In this document: positions 41,765 through 56,700 of the stretch, piece after piece
Numbering within the stretch: position 1 is the stretch's first letter
Layout: each line of letters starts with the position of its first letter
From: Carcharhinus longimanus
Lineage: Eukaryota
Assembly: GCA_030264375.1 (NCBI GenBank)
Contig: JASCQW010000119.1
Location: 9,334,685-9,398,684 of the forward strand
Reading direction: 5' to 3'
Length of the DNA: 64,000 nt
Translations under genes and position numbers: made by a program
The notes under the pieces: generated by a model
What the model saw: only the letters and a program-made list of their open reading frames with translations
The model's database searches: none
Told to the model about the DNA's origin: nothing

Positions 41765-44700
41765 TGTGTGTGTTGTCTTCACCCACGCCATTAATCATTA
41801 TTAACTTATTTCCTTAACAACTGTTTTGGCGTCTGTGAGCAAAGCGTTGGCATGCACGCAAGTCAAGATAAACAGACGAGGTTCAAATAAAATTTGCTAA
41901 AAATCATAACCAAACCTATCTCCTTTACACCAGTATTTCTGGTGAAACCGATTGTTCACTAATTTATCATACCTACTAAATACTGTCCATTACTTATGAA
42001 CATCTGTCCCAAGTACCTTCGTCTTTTTCCCTTAACTTTCCGTCTGTTGAAAATAAAGTTTTATCCATTGATTAACCAATAAAGATGCACCTTTGTATCG
42101 ATAACTAATGATCGTAATTTCTTACATGTATCAAAATAATTTACCGGGAAGGTCAGAAAAAAAATCATGATTTATTCATTCGTAAAATCCACAGCAATAG
42201 AGACTGAAAGCTGAGCGGTCGGAGAGCAGGATAGACGCTGACTTAAGCGAAAGTGGAGCAAGTATGGATACCGATAAATAAACCCAATGACTGGACAACA
42301 GCAGCAGTGGAGACGGATCAGGCTGGAGATGGAATGATCCTTCACGCTGCAAAAATGTAACCTAATTTGTTATAAGGACATTACGGCATTTCATTTTGTA
42401 ACATGGTTTGTCAGAAAGCGTGATTTATTGCATCACCATTGTGCGCTGCTAAGTTTGAATTCCTTTGCTCGAGTACCATACAGTAATATTTTTAGGAAGT
42501 CACATCATACGGGTTAAAAATACGTTCAGCTGTTATTATTTTCTTCGTCAGTGTGCAATTATACGTCTGTATGCAAGACCAAATGAGAGATTTTCAATCG
42601 GTTCCCATAGCGTTACTCACCTAAATCGGCAACCAATTCCTTGCACATGTTCAATTCTGCACCGGGTGAAAGCCAAAAAAAGAAATATTGGTTACTCATT
42701 TAATCATTCATTGTGCAAGTCATTGGAGGTGGGACAACTATTCCAATATTATATCTGTACTTCCAATTCACAATGCAGAAGCACAACAATATTTGAACGA
42801 TATTACCTGCAACTACTGATGCCTCCACATATATGCTACCTTGATTTTTTTAACTCTGAAAATGCACTGGTCTTGACTTACAAATGTCCTGTCTAAAGAG
42901 TATGACATAGTTCCTTTTGTTTGTCTTGTTAATGACCCTCACTTATGCTAGCGGGAATTGATGACTAAAAGTGTCATTCTTTGTGGTAGGATTGCCAGCT
43001 ATGGACTTCGTTGTTTCTTGAATAATGAAAATAGATTTTAATTGTTCAGGAATCTCACTGATCTAGTGATCGGGAGGGCATGCCCACGCACGTCGATTGT
43101 CCGTCAGAAGTTCTTGGACTGTCATTGAATAAAGTGGATGTGAATGACTTGCAACATAGTTCATAGGCTTGAACTGATTTGTTGCGATCAGAAGTATCTT
43201 GCCATTTCAGTTATAGATCACAGCTAATAGCACAGAAAGTTACTTCTGAGGAATTCAGCACTGCCACTGCCATTGACTATCAAGACAATTGGCTACATGT
43301 TTTTTCTTCTTGGTGATGGTCATTGAACGGCATTGCTTGTGTGAATGTTGTTTGCCAATTAGGTAACATGACATGGTTATTTTCCAGCTCCAAACAGAGA
43401 GAGACGTTGTTTGAGTATCACGGACGTTGTGCGTTCTGCTGATCATTGTCTAATCATCAGCGAAAATTCAATTTCTCCATTTATTCTAGCAGAAAACATG
43501 TTGATGCTGATGCTGGACATTCCGAGGTTGCTACTCTGAAGACCATTTTCCAGACTTGTGTGGGCTTCAATTGTTCTACCTCCCACAAACGTTGCGTTCA
43601 ACCTTCACGCTTTGAGAAGATGTTGATAATGAACGCCATTGCTTTAATATGAGGAATTTTATTAGTTGAAATGTTGCCTTTTTTGCTCCCCTTTTCTTCA
43701 TCCATCTAACATGACGGAATTATGGATACACATTAGTTCTTTATTACCAAATATTCATAATGATTTTTTATCTTGCGATCCCGCACACGCTCTAAAACAC
43801 ACACACGCACACACACACACACACACACGCACACACACTCACACAATGTTGAATCACATTTTCACACAAGGCATTAATAAGCAATGCAATCAACATGTAC
43901 ATGTACCAATGTGCTAAAGAAGCTGAGCATACATTGGACCAAGTAGGCAATTCTAAATCTCTAGATTGATTTGGGCTTAACTGTATCGACAACGAAAAAT
44001 GGTCGTTAATATGATAAAGGTTACCAAACTTGATCCATCACCTGTGTCTACCTTCCAGTCTTATTTTCCATTTCTCCCAGCGAAAGGTAGCTTTTTTACT
44101 ACTGAAATTTTAACACAATTTTCCAACCAGAATGTCCCTATGATGCAACAATGCCAATATGCTGAATTATATTTAATATCTTCGCATAGTAACAGGGAAA
44201 ATAAGCTCGAAAATAGGTGTACGAAAAGGCTATTCTGCCTTCGAGAGTGCACTAATTTCATCATGTCTGATCATGCACATTCAGTACCCCACTCCTACTT
44301 TCTCTCCATGCACCTTGACCATTTACTTGTGAGGGCCACCAAAAGCTCCCCCTTGAACATTTCTAACAAACTGCTCCCAACAGTTCACTGTGATAGAAAA
44401 GACATAGATTCATAACTCATTGTGTGAAGATATTCTTCGGCATGGCAGTCCTGGACATCTTACTCTTATTCTTGGACTGTGACACTTAGTTCTGGACTTA
44501 ACCAATATCAGCAACACTCTTCCCACATCGAGGCTTACCATCCCGATTCTACATCTTTCTATGAGATTCTCCCCTCAGCCTCCTAAATTACAGTGCGTAG
44601 AAGACACATAGATCCCGATTTTTGTGCATTTATCAGTGCCTGCATTTCGGGAATCAGTCTGGAGATCATTGGCTGTACTTTTCAATAGCAGGAATGTCCT

Positions 44701-47700
44701 TTCTCAGATTAGAACAGAACTGAAGGCCATACTCAAAGTACGACTTCATCAACTCCCTGCATACATTCAGAAATGCACCACAACTCATACACTCAACTAT
44801 TCGTGTTATTAAAGGCAGCATACCACGAGCCTGCATGCCACAGAATGTTGTGTAAACCGGGTCATTGAGTACCTTTAAGACAGAGATACAGATGTTTTTG
44901 ATTAAGACGAAGATCAGGGTTATGGAAAGGGCAGGGGAATGTGGATAAGAAAAATATCAGCCAAGAGTGAATGGTGGGTCAGATCCGAAGGGCGGAGTGG
45001 CCTGATTCTGCTTCTAAGTCTTGTTCTTTTTATCGTCACATAGCTTTCCTCACCATCTGTTGTGCTTGCGTGCGAATCCTCAGCGAGTGTTCTACTTACA
45101 CTCTGATCATTTTTCTGTTCCATTTTTTCCTAAACTGCTACCATTCAGATAATAATCTTCTTTTATTCTTTCGCCCCAAATTGCATCACCATCCACTTTT
45201 ACATACGGTATTGCATTTGTGTAGTATTTGGCCATTTAGTGTGCCCTACAACCTTTTAAATTCCTCCTCACATCAGATTGCCAGCCAGCTTAGTGTTGCC
45301 TGCAATTGGAGTTATTGCATTCAATTTCTTCGTCCTAATCATTAATGTATATTGTGAACAGCTGGAGTCTGAGGACTTAAAACTGAAGAATCAAACTACT
45401 CATGCCTACCACTCTGAACATGACCTATTTATACTCAATATTTGTTTCAAGTCTGTCAAAAAGTCCTCTCGCCGCGTCTATCGATTAACTCCAACACCAT
45501 GAGAATTAATGTGCGCACATTCTGTGTTCACCAATATGTCCGCTAAGTCTTGCAAACTGAAGTTATAATCCGAAGTTAAAAAAAAAATCGACTCAAATGC
45601 TTATTTACCGCCATTATGTGGCCACTAGTACAGTTGTAAAAACAGCAACAATGCAGCAATACAGATTATCGTCCTGATAACGTTTACCACCTCGGAACAA
45701 CATTGATGTTTTATTTGATTTATTATTGTCACCTGTATTAGAATACACTGTGAAAGGTACTGTTTCTTGAAGCAATACTGCCAGACCATGCCACTCATAA
45801 AGCAGGAAAAGTGGAAACACTGAACATGGTGTTACAATCATAGCTTGAATGACCAACTTAATGTACACAATTCTGCACACAACTCTGGTGCGGCCACACT
45901 TGGAGTACTGTGTGCAGTTCTGGTCCCCACATTACAGGAAGGACGTGGAGGCTTTGGAGAGGGTGCAGAGGAGNNNNNNNNNNNNNNNNNNNNNNNNNNN
46001 NNNNNNNNNNNNNNNNNNNNNNNNNNNNNNNNNNNNNNNNNNNNNNNNNNNNNNNNNNNNNNNNNNNNNNNNNTCAGTGTTTTTTTTTAAAAACTGGTCG
46101 GCGCAACATCGTGGGCCGAAGGGCCTGTTCTGCGCTGTAATGTTCTATGTAATGCAACGTAGGTCTATTCAAAAAATCTGACGGCAGCAGGAAAGAAGCT
46201 GTTCTTGAAACATGACCTCAGAATTTTGCAGCTGTTTTTTTTCCGGCTGTAGAATTTGGTGGTGTCTGAGGTCCTTAATTATGTTGGTTGTTTTACAGAG
46301 GCAGCGAGAAATGAAGGCAGAATGTATGAATGGGAGGCTGTTTGCATGACGGATTGGAAAACGTTCACGACCTTTTGGTGATTCCCGCCGTCTTCGGCGG
46401 AGCAGGAGCCGTACCAAGCTGGAATACAACCAGAAAAAAAAACATGTTTTCTGTAAAATTTGGTGAGAACTAGCTGACATGACAAATTTCCTTAACCTTC
46501 TGAGAAAGTAGAGCAGTTGTGTATTGGTGAACACGAAGTTTACTTTTGGCTGAGACTTTCCTGTTCCTCGCTTTTACAGAATGCAAATTTATGAACGCTA
46601 TACCCACTATTTACTTTTGATTAACCCTTGCTTATATACGATGATTATGGCAACCTTTATTCTTCATTTTTGTGTACATCAACCAACGTATTACACATTG
46701 TGCGCTTTTAAATTTCCTGCCCATTTTCACAATGATGACAACATTTCGATCGATGGTTTTCTTTCTTAAATGGAATCCTGTGGAACAAGAAAAAGTCAGC
46801 ATTTTCTGCTGATGAAATAGAATGAAAGATTACACTTTACATCGATACAAGGTCGCAATAAAAATCATGCCAATTATAGAGCCTGCAAAAACCCATCTCC
46901 TTATTTTTGCTTTGGTTAGAAATATTTGCTGTATCATTTTTGTCGTCTATTAATGCTTGTAATATGTCGCTCTGTTGTAAATCTAGGTGCATTTCCAAAT
47001 TCTCGTCGAATTCTGCCATGTGATATCCCAAAAATTATGTTCTGTAGCTTCCAAGTCTCGCCCTTTCCTTGTAAATTTTCAAATACAAAGACTGCTGGAC
47101 CATTTTCCTCATATGTTATTTGTTAAATCTGTTCTGGAGTAGGGGCCCAACATCGATCGGTTTCGACATTTCCATTTTCCTGAACCATTACAAACTTTTT
47201 TTTTTCAATAATTATTTATTTTTTTAAGAAATTTTCTGTCACGGGGATCTGATCACATCGATGGATTGAAGTTGACGAACCAGTCAAGCAAATCCGTTAG
47301 TTGCCTACCTTCTCTTGTTTCGCGTTCTGTCTCAACTGTTGAAGGCAATCAAATCATAAATGACAGACTACGAAAGGCACAACTTGCTTGATTCAGCACA
47401 GTAATGGCGTCTTCTTAGCGCATACGAATCCACGTCTGACTTGTGTTCAAAGCTCCGTTCACGTGTTTTGAAAACCCCAATGAATGCTGTGCTTCTGAAT
47501 CCCATTTTTCTTTTGGCAATGACATTTGTATTCAATAATTCTTATTTTGATAAATATTGATACAATTTTTTACATGTTTCTACTAGGAAGAAAAATATAT
47601 TGAGGTGCAATGAAAACACCCTAAGAATATCGCACATTCTTCGGAAGATGTATTAATCTATTTGCATAAGTTACATGTGCAAAAATATGAGAATCAAGGT

Positions 47701-50700
47701 TAATAATTCCAAGGCACTAATTTTGGGGTAATGAAATAAAGAGTTTTGTTTTCGAAATTATTTAAAGTGAAGGCATATTAAATGATATATTTGTGCATTT
47801 CAAAAATGTGGGGCAGAAGTAACCGTGACCGAACTGAATCAATTCAATGAATGTATTTGTTTTCTAATAGTTAGCGCAATTGCTAGGAATGCAGATTGGG
47901 CTCATTTTTACCTCTACAAATTGCATCCGTTTTATAGTAACTGCATTAACAAAATCAAATATGACGCTAGCTTGAACTTACACTGTTCTAAAAGAACAAA
48001 TAAATGTGTTTATCTTCAGCTCGCCTGCGTCACATCAGAATTATTGTCCAATACCACCATCAAGGAGAGTCAACAGATAATGAAAAAAAACGTTTTCGTG
48101 ATATATTTGCAAAAATTATAATAAAAATTATCTTAACTAGATGCATTGTACCAAGATACATTCTTGCTTGAAAAAAGAGTCCCAGTTATCAGATATAACT
48201 GGATACTTCCAACTGTGCCAAAGAGCCCGACATCACAAAAGGAAGTCTCTAATTTCGACATGGTCATTATTTTTCCGCTCTTGGTGATAGCAGAATTATC
48301 GAAATTAAGCTACCTGTAGAAGATGGAGATTTCTAAACATTACTAGACTAGTTACAGCGTTAGAATTTTCGTCATATTGCCATTTTTAAGCGAGTGCAGC
48401 ATTTAGCTAAGCAGGAGAATCAACAATAACGAAAAACATCTCCCTCTTCGATGTTTTCAAATGCTGTGCTCTGACATCTTGGGGTCTGTGACAAAATTAA
48501 CAGAACATCGCCACAAAAGTGGGCATCAACAGCGGACATATCCGTATTCACATAATCGTAACAATGTCTCAGACAGCTGCATCACCATTCCTCGGAATGT
48601 CCACTTGCACTGGCAGGATATAAACTCCAGAGTCTGATGCGTAGATGTATATAATATATAATCACTTGCTTCTGGAGTCCGTATGAACAGTTCAGACCGC
48701 AGAAAGTTCCCGAAACAAGGCAATAACGGGGCAAGGAATCTGCACTAATTCTGACATGCCGTCCACCTTCAGCTGATGAATCCTGTTCCGAACACATAGT
48801 GGATGGAGCACTTGATTTGTAAGATTGGACAATGTACTCTGAGTGGGCTACCTCAGAGAGGATTCGCAAGAGTGGCTCGATGACAGTACCAAAAAACGAC
48901 TGTGTAGGTCATTAATGCGTAATTGCTTGGCAGGTACTGCAGGAGACAAAGAAAGAAACATATTTGAACTAAGCCTCATGAACCTACGTGGTTCGTGCAG
49001 ATGCACCTGCCGATGACAACATCGATAGGATTGAGAAGTATATAGTCGTTTTACAGATGGAGTGCCAAATTAACATTGAGAATCCCCTCCTTACTTTGTA
49101 GAGCACCATCATGGTGCGAAATTGATGTTCTTATGAGAAGTAGCTCCGAAGTAGGCATACATATGTCGCAGTGGGGCAGTGGCGTAAGTGCACCGAAAGG
49201 CAATTTGTAACCTCATGGATCGATTAATCCGCCACTCTACCATTCCTGCCAAGCCACGCGATCAACTCTGGTTCAATTACATATGCTGGAAGGCGTGCCA
49301 CGAGCAACACGAGGCAGAGATACAAACATGTCTAGTCTTAATTATTGTCAGCTTGTTTAAGCGACAATGGAGTTCGTCTTTTGCACCAGACAGCATATGT
49401 AACTATCAACAGACAGACGTAAGTGAGTGCACAACAAACAGGCCAGATGAAACCTGTCACATTCCGCCGTGAATGGTCGTTGACAAAAAGAAGACTGAAT
49501 AAGAAAGCTCGTGCTCCACAAATATAAAAACATAAGAACATAAGAAATAGGAGCAGGAGTAGGCCATCTAGCCCTTGGAGTCTNNNNNNNNNNNNNNNNN
49601 NNNNNNNNNNNNNNNNNNNNNNNNNNNNNNNNNNNNNNNNNNNNNNNNNNNNNNNNNNNNNNNNNNNNNNNNNNNNNNNNNNNNNNCAGGAAATGGGCGA
49701 AGCGACTGGATAATTCAAAACATGTAGAACCTGACTTATTTTACAAATTATGCTGAACATCAAGTCCACATGGTTGCTACTGTCATGCCAGCTTCTCAAA
49801 TACTGTTCCAACACTTGGGTACAGTCCGTAGTGTGGCAAAATGTCGAAATATTCTCGACACAAGCATCAGACAAATGCAATCCACAAAATGTCGGCCCAG
49901 CCCATGAATCTACCCTCGATAATCAGCAAATTTTTTAAAAAGTGCCAATCGCAGTGAAAATAATGACATGCTCGAGGATTTTTTTTTTTACTTCAAAAGG
50001 TTGAAGCGATGTTACTACTGTTAAAATCGATGTTTCAGATTTATTGAGTTTACCATTGTTTTGAATTTGATTGTAGTTTGAACCAAAAAAAGAAACGTGA
50101 AGGTGACTGTCAAATATTTTCATTACTTTATTTCATTTCAATGTTTTATTTTCATCCCGTCTAGATGTTAAGTTTTATGAAAGAGACAATATTGTAGATT
50201 GAATGTTAGAAGCTTCCATTTGTGTCTGTGTTTTATAAACTATTTGTGTCGATATCGTTTTTATGTGGTTTTCTTTGGTGTTTTAATGCTTTTCTCCTAG
50301 TTGTGATTTTGAAATAATGTGGTTGAAAGAGTTTAAATAAAATTATGGAAATTTGATTGGATTTGTTTTTTAATTACTTGACCTTTTGAACCATGATTAC
50401 GCTTAAGAGATGTAGGATATAAAGACACACGAAGGAAATGTAGAGTAAACAGAAAGTAGAAAACAAAATAAGCAATGGGCAAGAATAGCTTCATGGGGGT
50501 CACGAAAAGTCATTGATTCGCAGTGTTGAGGAAAATACCATTGATTTTATGCACATGTAAAGAAGAAAGGGTAGCGAGGGAGATGGCAGGCCGACTCAAG
50601 GACAGGGGAGGAAATCTTGGCGTGGCGCCAGAGGAAATGGTCATGGAATTCGATGAATTCACCAAAGAGATGGACTTGGTGATTGATGAACTGCGGAAGG

Positions 50701-53700
50701 GTGTTCAGATACTTTGAGTCATGTTGTGATCAAAAACAAGGAGGTATTGGGTGTATTGAGAAACATTAAGATCGACAAGGCACAGAGCCTCATGAGATGC
50801 AACCCAGAACACTGACAGAGCAAGAGAGGAACTTGGTGAGGCCTTGAGAGAATCGTTTTATCCTCACTGGCTACATGGAGGATTTCTGGGAATTGGAGAA
50901 TAGCCAATGTTGTTCTTTTGTTCCATAAGGGCAGCAAGAAAAAATCCAGGCTGGCGAGCCTCACTCCAGTAGCAGGAGAATTATTGGAGTCTGCAGCAAG
51001 AGTTTTGGCAATGTCCCTCACAGCAGACTGGTGCAGAAGGTGAAATCACACGGGGATCAGAGTTGAGCTGACAAAATGGATACAGAACTGGACCGGACAT
51101 ATGAGGCAGAGAGTAACAGTGGGAGGTACCTTTCTTTATGGAGGGATTTGACACGATCAGTGCTGAAACGTTTGTTGTTTGTAATAAATATAAATGATTT
51201 GGAGGAAAATCTCACATGGTTGATTAGTAATTCTGCGGATGACACAATGCTTGGTGGATTTGCTTATAATGATGAGGAGCGTCAGAAAATGCAGCAGGAT
51301 ATATATATCATTCAGAAATATGAGCAGAGGGATGAAGGCGCCATTTAATCTGGACAAATGAGGTAATTCATTTTGGAAGGTGTCATAAAATCGGAAATAA
51401 ACAGTGAATGACAGACCCTTAAGATATTGATAGGCAGTGGGAAATGGGTGTACAGGCACTGAAATCATTGACGGTGGCAACACAGTTGTAGAATCTAGTC
51501 AAGGAGACATTTGGNNNNNNNNNNNNNNNNNNNNNNNNNNNNNNNNNNNNNNNNNNNNNNNNNNNNNNNNNNNNNNNNNNNNNNNNNNNNNNNNNNNNNN
51601 NNNNNNNNNNNNNNNNNNNNNNNNNNNNNNNNNNNNNNNNNNNNNNNNNNNNNNNNNNNNNNNNNNNNNNNNNNNNCCGAAACTCGCGACTTAGTACTAG
51701 AAATAAAAAGTTAAACGGAATAAACAGAAAAATATACCTTGTTTTGCCTCCTCACACGCCCAAAAATCGCTGCCTCTCGACTCTGCTCCACAGGAACAAT
51801 GAGCAGACCCTATTTCCCAGCGTGCAAGAGTGAATTACTGGCGAGGGGGGAGGGGGTAGACGAGGGACGGCGGGGCGGGGAGATGCGTGGTCTCGTGTGC
51901 TGGGCAGGAAAGGGGACAGATTTAAGGTGTAACGGGCAAGATGCAGAAGAGATGTACAAGGCAATTTCTTTTTTCAGAGTGGCTGGTGGATGCCTGGAAC
52001 CCACTACCAATCGAGGTACTGGAAGCAGATGCAATAGTGACTCAGAAATGGCGACTGGAAAAAAAATACAAAGCATGGGAATGGGGGGATATGGTCCCCA
52101 GAAGTGTAGAGTCGTTTAACTTAGTAGGGCAGCATGTTCGGTGCAGGTTTGGAGGGCCGAAGGACATGTCCCGTATTGTATCATTTTCTGTTTTTTTTTT
52201 GTCCTTTGCCCATATATTTGTGCGAAGTTGTCTGAAAACATTGTTTATGGAAAGTAAATTGAAATTTTAAAATCAAAGTACATAAACTGGTCTCTGAATT
52301 AACCAATTTAGATTTTGAATAACCTCTGGTTCAAATTGTGGTATACGATTTCAGGCTGGGACCGGAACCATCTGCTCTTTAATTTGCCTTGTATAATTCG
52401 TGATATCAACACACTGGAACCGGTTTTATAGCTTTTAATTTCTTAAATGACAGAGGTATCAACGTCATCTGTTCCTAATTTGGCAACTAAGAATGCATAT
52501 ACATTGGTGATTATGAATTTTATTTTTTGTGTTTTTTTTTAATTGACAGAGATTTCGAGACAAAATTAATTCATTGTGACCGAAACCGAATGTTTTTTTT
52601 TGGGGGGGATGTTTTGTTTTAAATAGGTGGCTCCTAATTAACAAGTCTAGCAGACTGAAGAGTTCAAGACCTTTTTTTTCCAAACCTAGTACTATTTGAG
52701 ACCTGCAGAGTTTCACGCAGTCAGACATTCTCACTGTTATCTTTGAATGAAAGTGAATGATTATACTTAAGGATTACCGTTTCTGAGATTTATTAAATTG
52801 AATACATTGAATGCATAGAATAGCCGACTGATATAAATTGACGTTACCTAAAATCTAAAGGTGTAAATACGTTTACATTTTATTGACAAATTATGGGTCC
52901 GAGAAAGGGAGTTGCTGTGGCTTTTGCATTTCAGAGAGGAACACCTTGAAACATATTCCCAGTTCATGACGCTACTCTTTGAATCTGGGATAATCTTACA
53001 AAGTAATGTTTGTTTATTTTGTGAGTTCTCCATTTTGAATGAGTGTCATCTACGGTAATGCACATGTTCACATGCAATGTATTTGATTCAATATAAATAC
53101 ATGCCAATAAGTTGGGAGCTAATTTTGTGTGACAATGTAAAAACGCTGCAGCATGCCAATGACATTACAACAAATACCAGGATTATCCAAGTATTTAATT
53201 GTGCAATTTGGCATTAGTTAAACAAGGCTTAGAAGAGGGACAAATACACCATTTATGCAAATCACTCTATTCAGAAATACAATTCTGCTAAAACTGCTGA
53301 AATGATGGATGATTTTTCTCTACAATTTGCTCAACTGATTGACAATCATTTGAATTAGTTCTGACCTGTACTTTGGGTACACTGTGTTAATTGTATCATA
53401 AATCAACATAGCGAATGCATGTTTGTAGGTGAGAAATGTTGAAATCTGACTGTGGAGGTTTAATTTTAGGATCATTTTGAAACATCACGGACGTTGGAGA
53501 TTTATACCTCCGACTTCAGCACTTCGGGTGCATAACGCTCCTAAATCCAAATTTAAACTTTATTTCCCTTTTTTGTCAGTACCAAGGATTTATGATTATC
53601 CAGTACATAAGACTGAACCTAAAATGTTGTAAACATTACAAACTTGAACAAGGTTTTAACTGGCAAAGTTTGCAATGAATGTGCACTAGTTGTATTGGAT

Positions 53701-56700
53701 TTCACTGAAATACATTTCCCTAATTGGTATCCCTCTCACATTCGGGAGTTTTATATCTTTTTCATTTAACATAGAGGTAGTTAAATCAAGAAGTGGCAAT
53801 TGTGGCACAATAATTATTTTCTGATTTCATGTGAACAGAAGAAGTAGTTAACTAATGATATAGCAACTGCTGTAGTGTAGGTGTGTTCATGGTTAATACT
53901 GCTGACTTATGAAACTGGACATTTATATTCAAATAGTACCCAGGTTAGTTAAGACAGTTTGAATTTTACAATGTTAAGTAGGCATCCAGATATAGACATT
54001 ACAAAAGTAGATACTGCTTACATTTCAAATTGTGAAATGAAAACGGAAAACAATGCAACAATTGCATTTGAAAATGTTGTTACAGCACAAAAAAATGGTA
54101 ATTGCAAACATTATATTTCCTATATGTTAATACCTTGTTGTGACTGGGTTCTGATACAAACTGCATGGGAAAGAGTTTAGCCATTGTCTGTGATCCATTT
54201 CACTGTACGCTACAGGATCAAAAGGAGTATCTGTGGAGAGAGAAATAATGCCTACAACAATCATTTAAGAAAAACCATGGCAATAGTTGTGTTTAAATGC
54301 CTAGTTTTGCTGACTGTGATCATGCTGGAAATTTCGGTCAAATTATGCATCGAAAACAGTTGCAGGTTGTAAATAAGCTCTGATCTGGGAGCTGAGATCT
54401 GAAGCGTTCTGTCTTGGTCAGATCAGGNNNNNNNNNNNNNNNNNNNNNNNNNNNNNNNNNNNNNNNNNNNNNNNNNNNNNNNNNNNNNNNNNNNNNNNNN
54501 NNNNNNNNNNNNNNNNNNNNNNNNNNNNNNNNNNNNNNNNNNNNNNNNNNNNNNNNNNNNNNNNNNNNNNNNNNNNNNNNNNNNNNNNNNNNNNNNNNNN
54601 NNNNNNNNGGTGGAAAATTGTGGATAAAAAGGGAGGTGAATTATTTATTTGGCAGCAATAACTTTAAGAGAACAGCTATCACAACAAGAATTGTACCCTG
54701 AGAGACACTTAAGAAACAAAAAGATAAATTCTACATCGACAATATTTCTTGGTCAATGTGTTCCTAAAATCGGTAGTATCTATTTTTAATCAAGTTTATA
54801 GAGTTGATATACAGTTGAAGTTAAACGGTCGTTTGAGAGTTAAAGTTCAGTGGAGAGTTGGTGTGTTTCATGTGTGCATGCTTGAGTTTATACTATAATT
54901 GTTAAATAAATAAATAATTGATTTACTGTTCGTGTTTGTCTCGTTAAACTGGACTGCTTGAAAGCGTTTGAACTAAAGTTGTATTACAAAATCAATAATT
55001 ACAGATTCAAGACATCACTGCAGCATTTGCTCAATATTGTGTTGCTGGAACAAACATTTTCAGCTGTGTCATTATTTACATGTTTTCCAAAATAAAATTG
55101 GAAGTTGGGGTGTGCGCACATGACTGCACAATTTTCCGCACCTGTCGTAACTGCTCCGATATTGATGAAGCCTGTGTCCAAATGCTGGACGATCTGGACA
55201 AAATTCTGGCTTTGGCTGACAAAAAAAAACAAGTCACATTCTCACCAAACATGTGTCAGGTAAGCATAATTTCAAATCTTGGAGGATCTCCCCTAAGCGA
55301 TGATATTCACTGAAGTTGCCATTGCAGATTCCCGGCTGTCAAACTCCAGGTCGGTAACCACCATTCACCAGACACAAAACTAGATATTGCTCGTAATCAT
55401 CATAGTTACCACAAAAAATGTCCACAATCTGACAGACACATTTCAAGTGTTTAGTGGATCAATCTTCATTTGCCTGGTCGAGTCGGCTCCGTGTCCTCTC
55501 GGTTAGCTTGATAAAGCAGCTGACATGATTGCCACCACACCCACGATCCACTTACAATGTGCAATGGCAGCTGTTTGCAAGATGTACAAGATGTACTGAA
55601 ATAACTCACCATGGTTCAGCAGGGAACACATTCCAAGCCCGCAATCAAGAATATACGGAAATACAAAAGAAGCCGGTGCTTAAGGAAACCGACAGCTGTA
55701 GTTTCCCCTCCAAATTATTCATCAAGCTGACTGGAAATATGTAGTTTTTCATTCACTGCTGATATGTCAAAGTCCTTGATTTCCTCCGTAACATCATGGC
55801 TGGCTTACCTATACTTTGCTTTATGCACACGTTCTCAAATGCAATTGATCGTCACCAACTGATGGGTATCCAGTTGTGAGCAAAATGTTTGCCCATCCAG
55901 CGAAGCCCACGTCTCATAAGTAATATATACAATAATAATAAAAAAAGTATTTCATAGTGTACAGTTTAAATTGCTACTCTCTGAGGCGACGACGAATGAA
56001 GATCTTCGTGGCACACTACTGCTTCACATTGCCATGAACGCAGGTTATATTGTTTTCATGTCTGGCTAGATGTGCGACGGTATCATTTCCGTAAACGATA
56101 AAGAGCAAAAGTAAACATTTTGAGATAGAGACACATTATGGGTTTCTAACTAATTTAACGTGATGTCTTAGACAATACTTCAAATTTAGCCATTGCATTG
56201 GTTTACAGAGTACGCTGTAGCAAACTTTATGGCAGCATGAAATGGCCGACTGATCGTGTTTTCTTGAGCATAACAAACGAAACTTTATTTGAAAACGTTG
56301 TTACGAAATCATGGACTTTTTTTTGTGCAGAGAAATCGGACTGTAATTTGGGAAGAGCCTGATTTGTAATTGCCTTGAAGCAGTGCGCTCCCTTTATTAG
56401 AAGCTCCGTCCCATAACAACGTAACGCAAGTTAAATTTGACGCGCATCTCGCAGTATGCATTTCTAAATTGAAAATAAAACATTAAGTCCTCTCACTTAA
56501 TTTTCTGTTCGCAGCGTTGCAGTCTTCCAACTCTGCAAGTGAAGAAATTGCACACATGTTTTATGATTACAACTTTTTATTCACTGCAATATCTCATGTG
56601 TGCGAGTTCGAACGTTATATATTGTAATGCTGTTGTACCCAGATTACTGTTGGCAACAAATCATATTGATAAACCGCAGATGAAATAAAATGGCACAATT

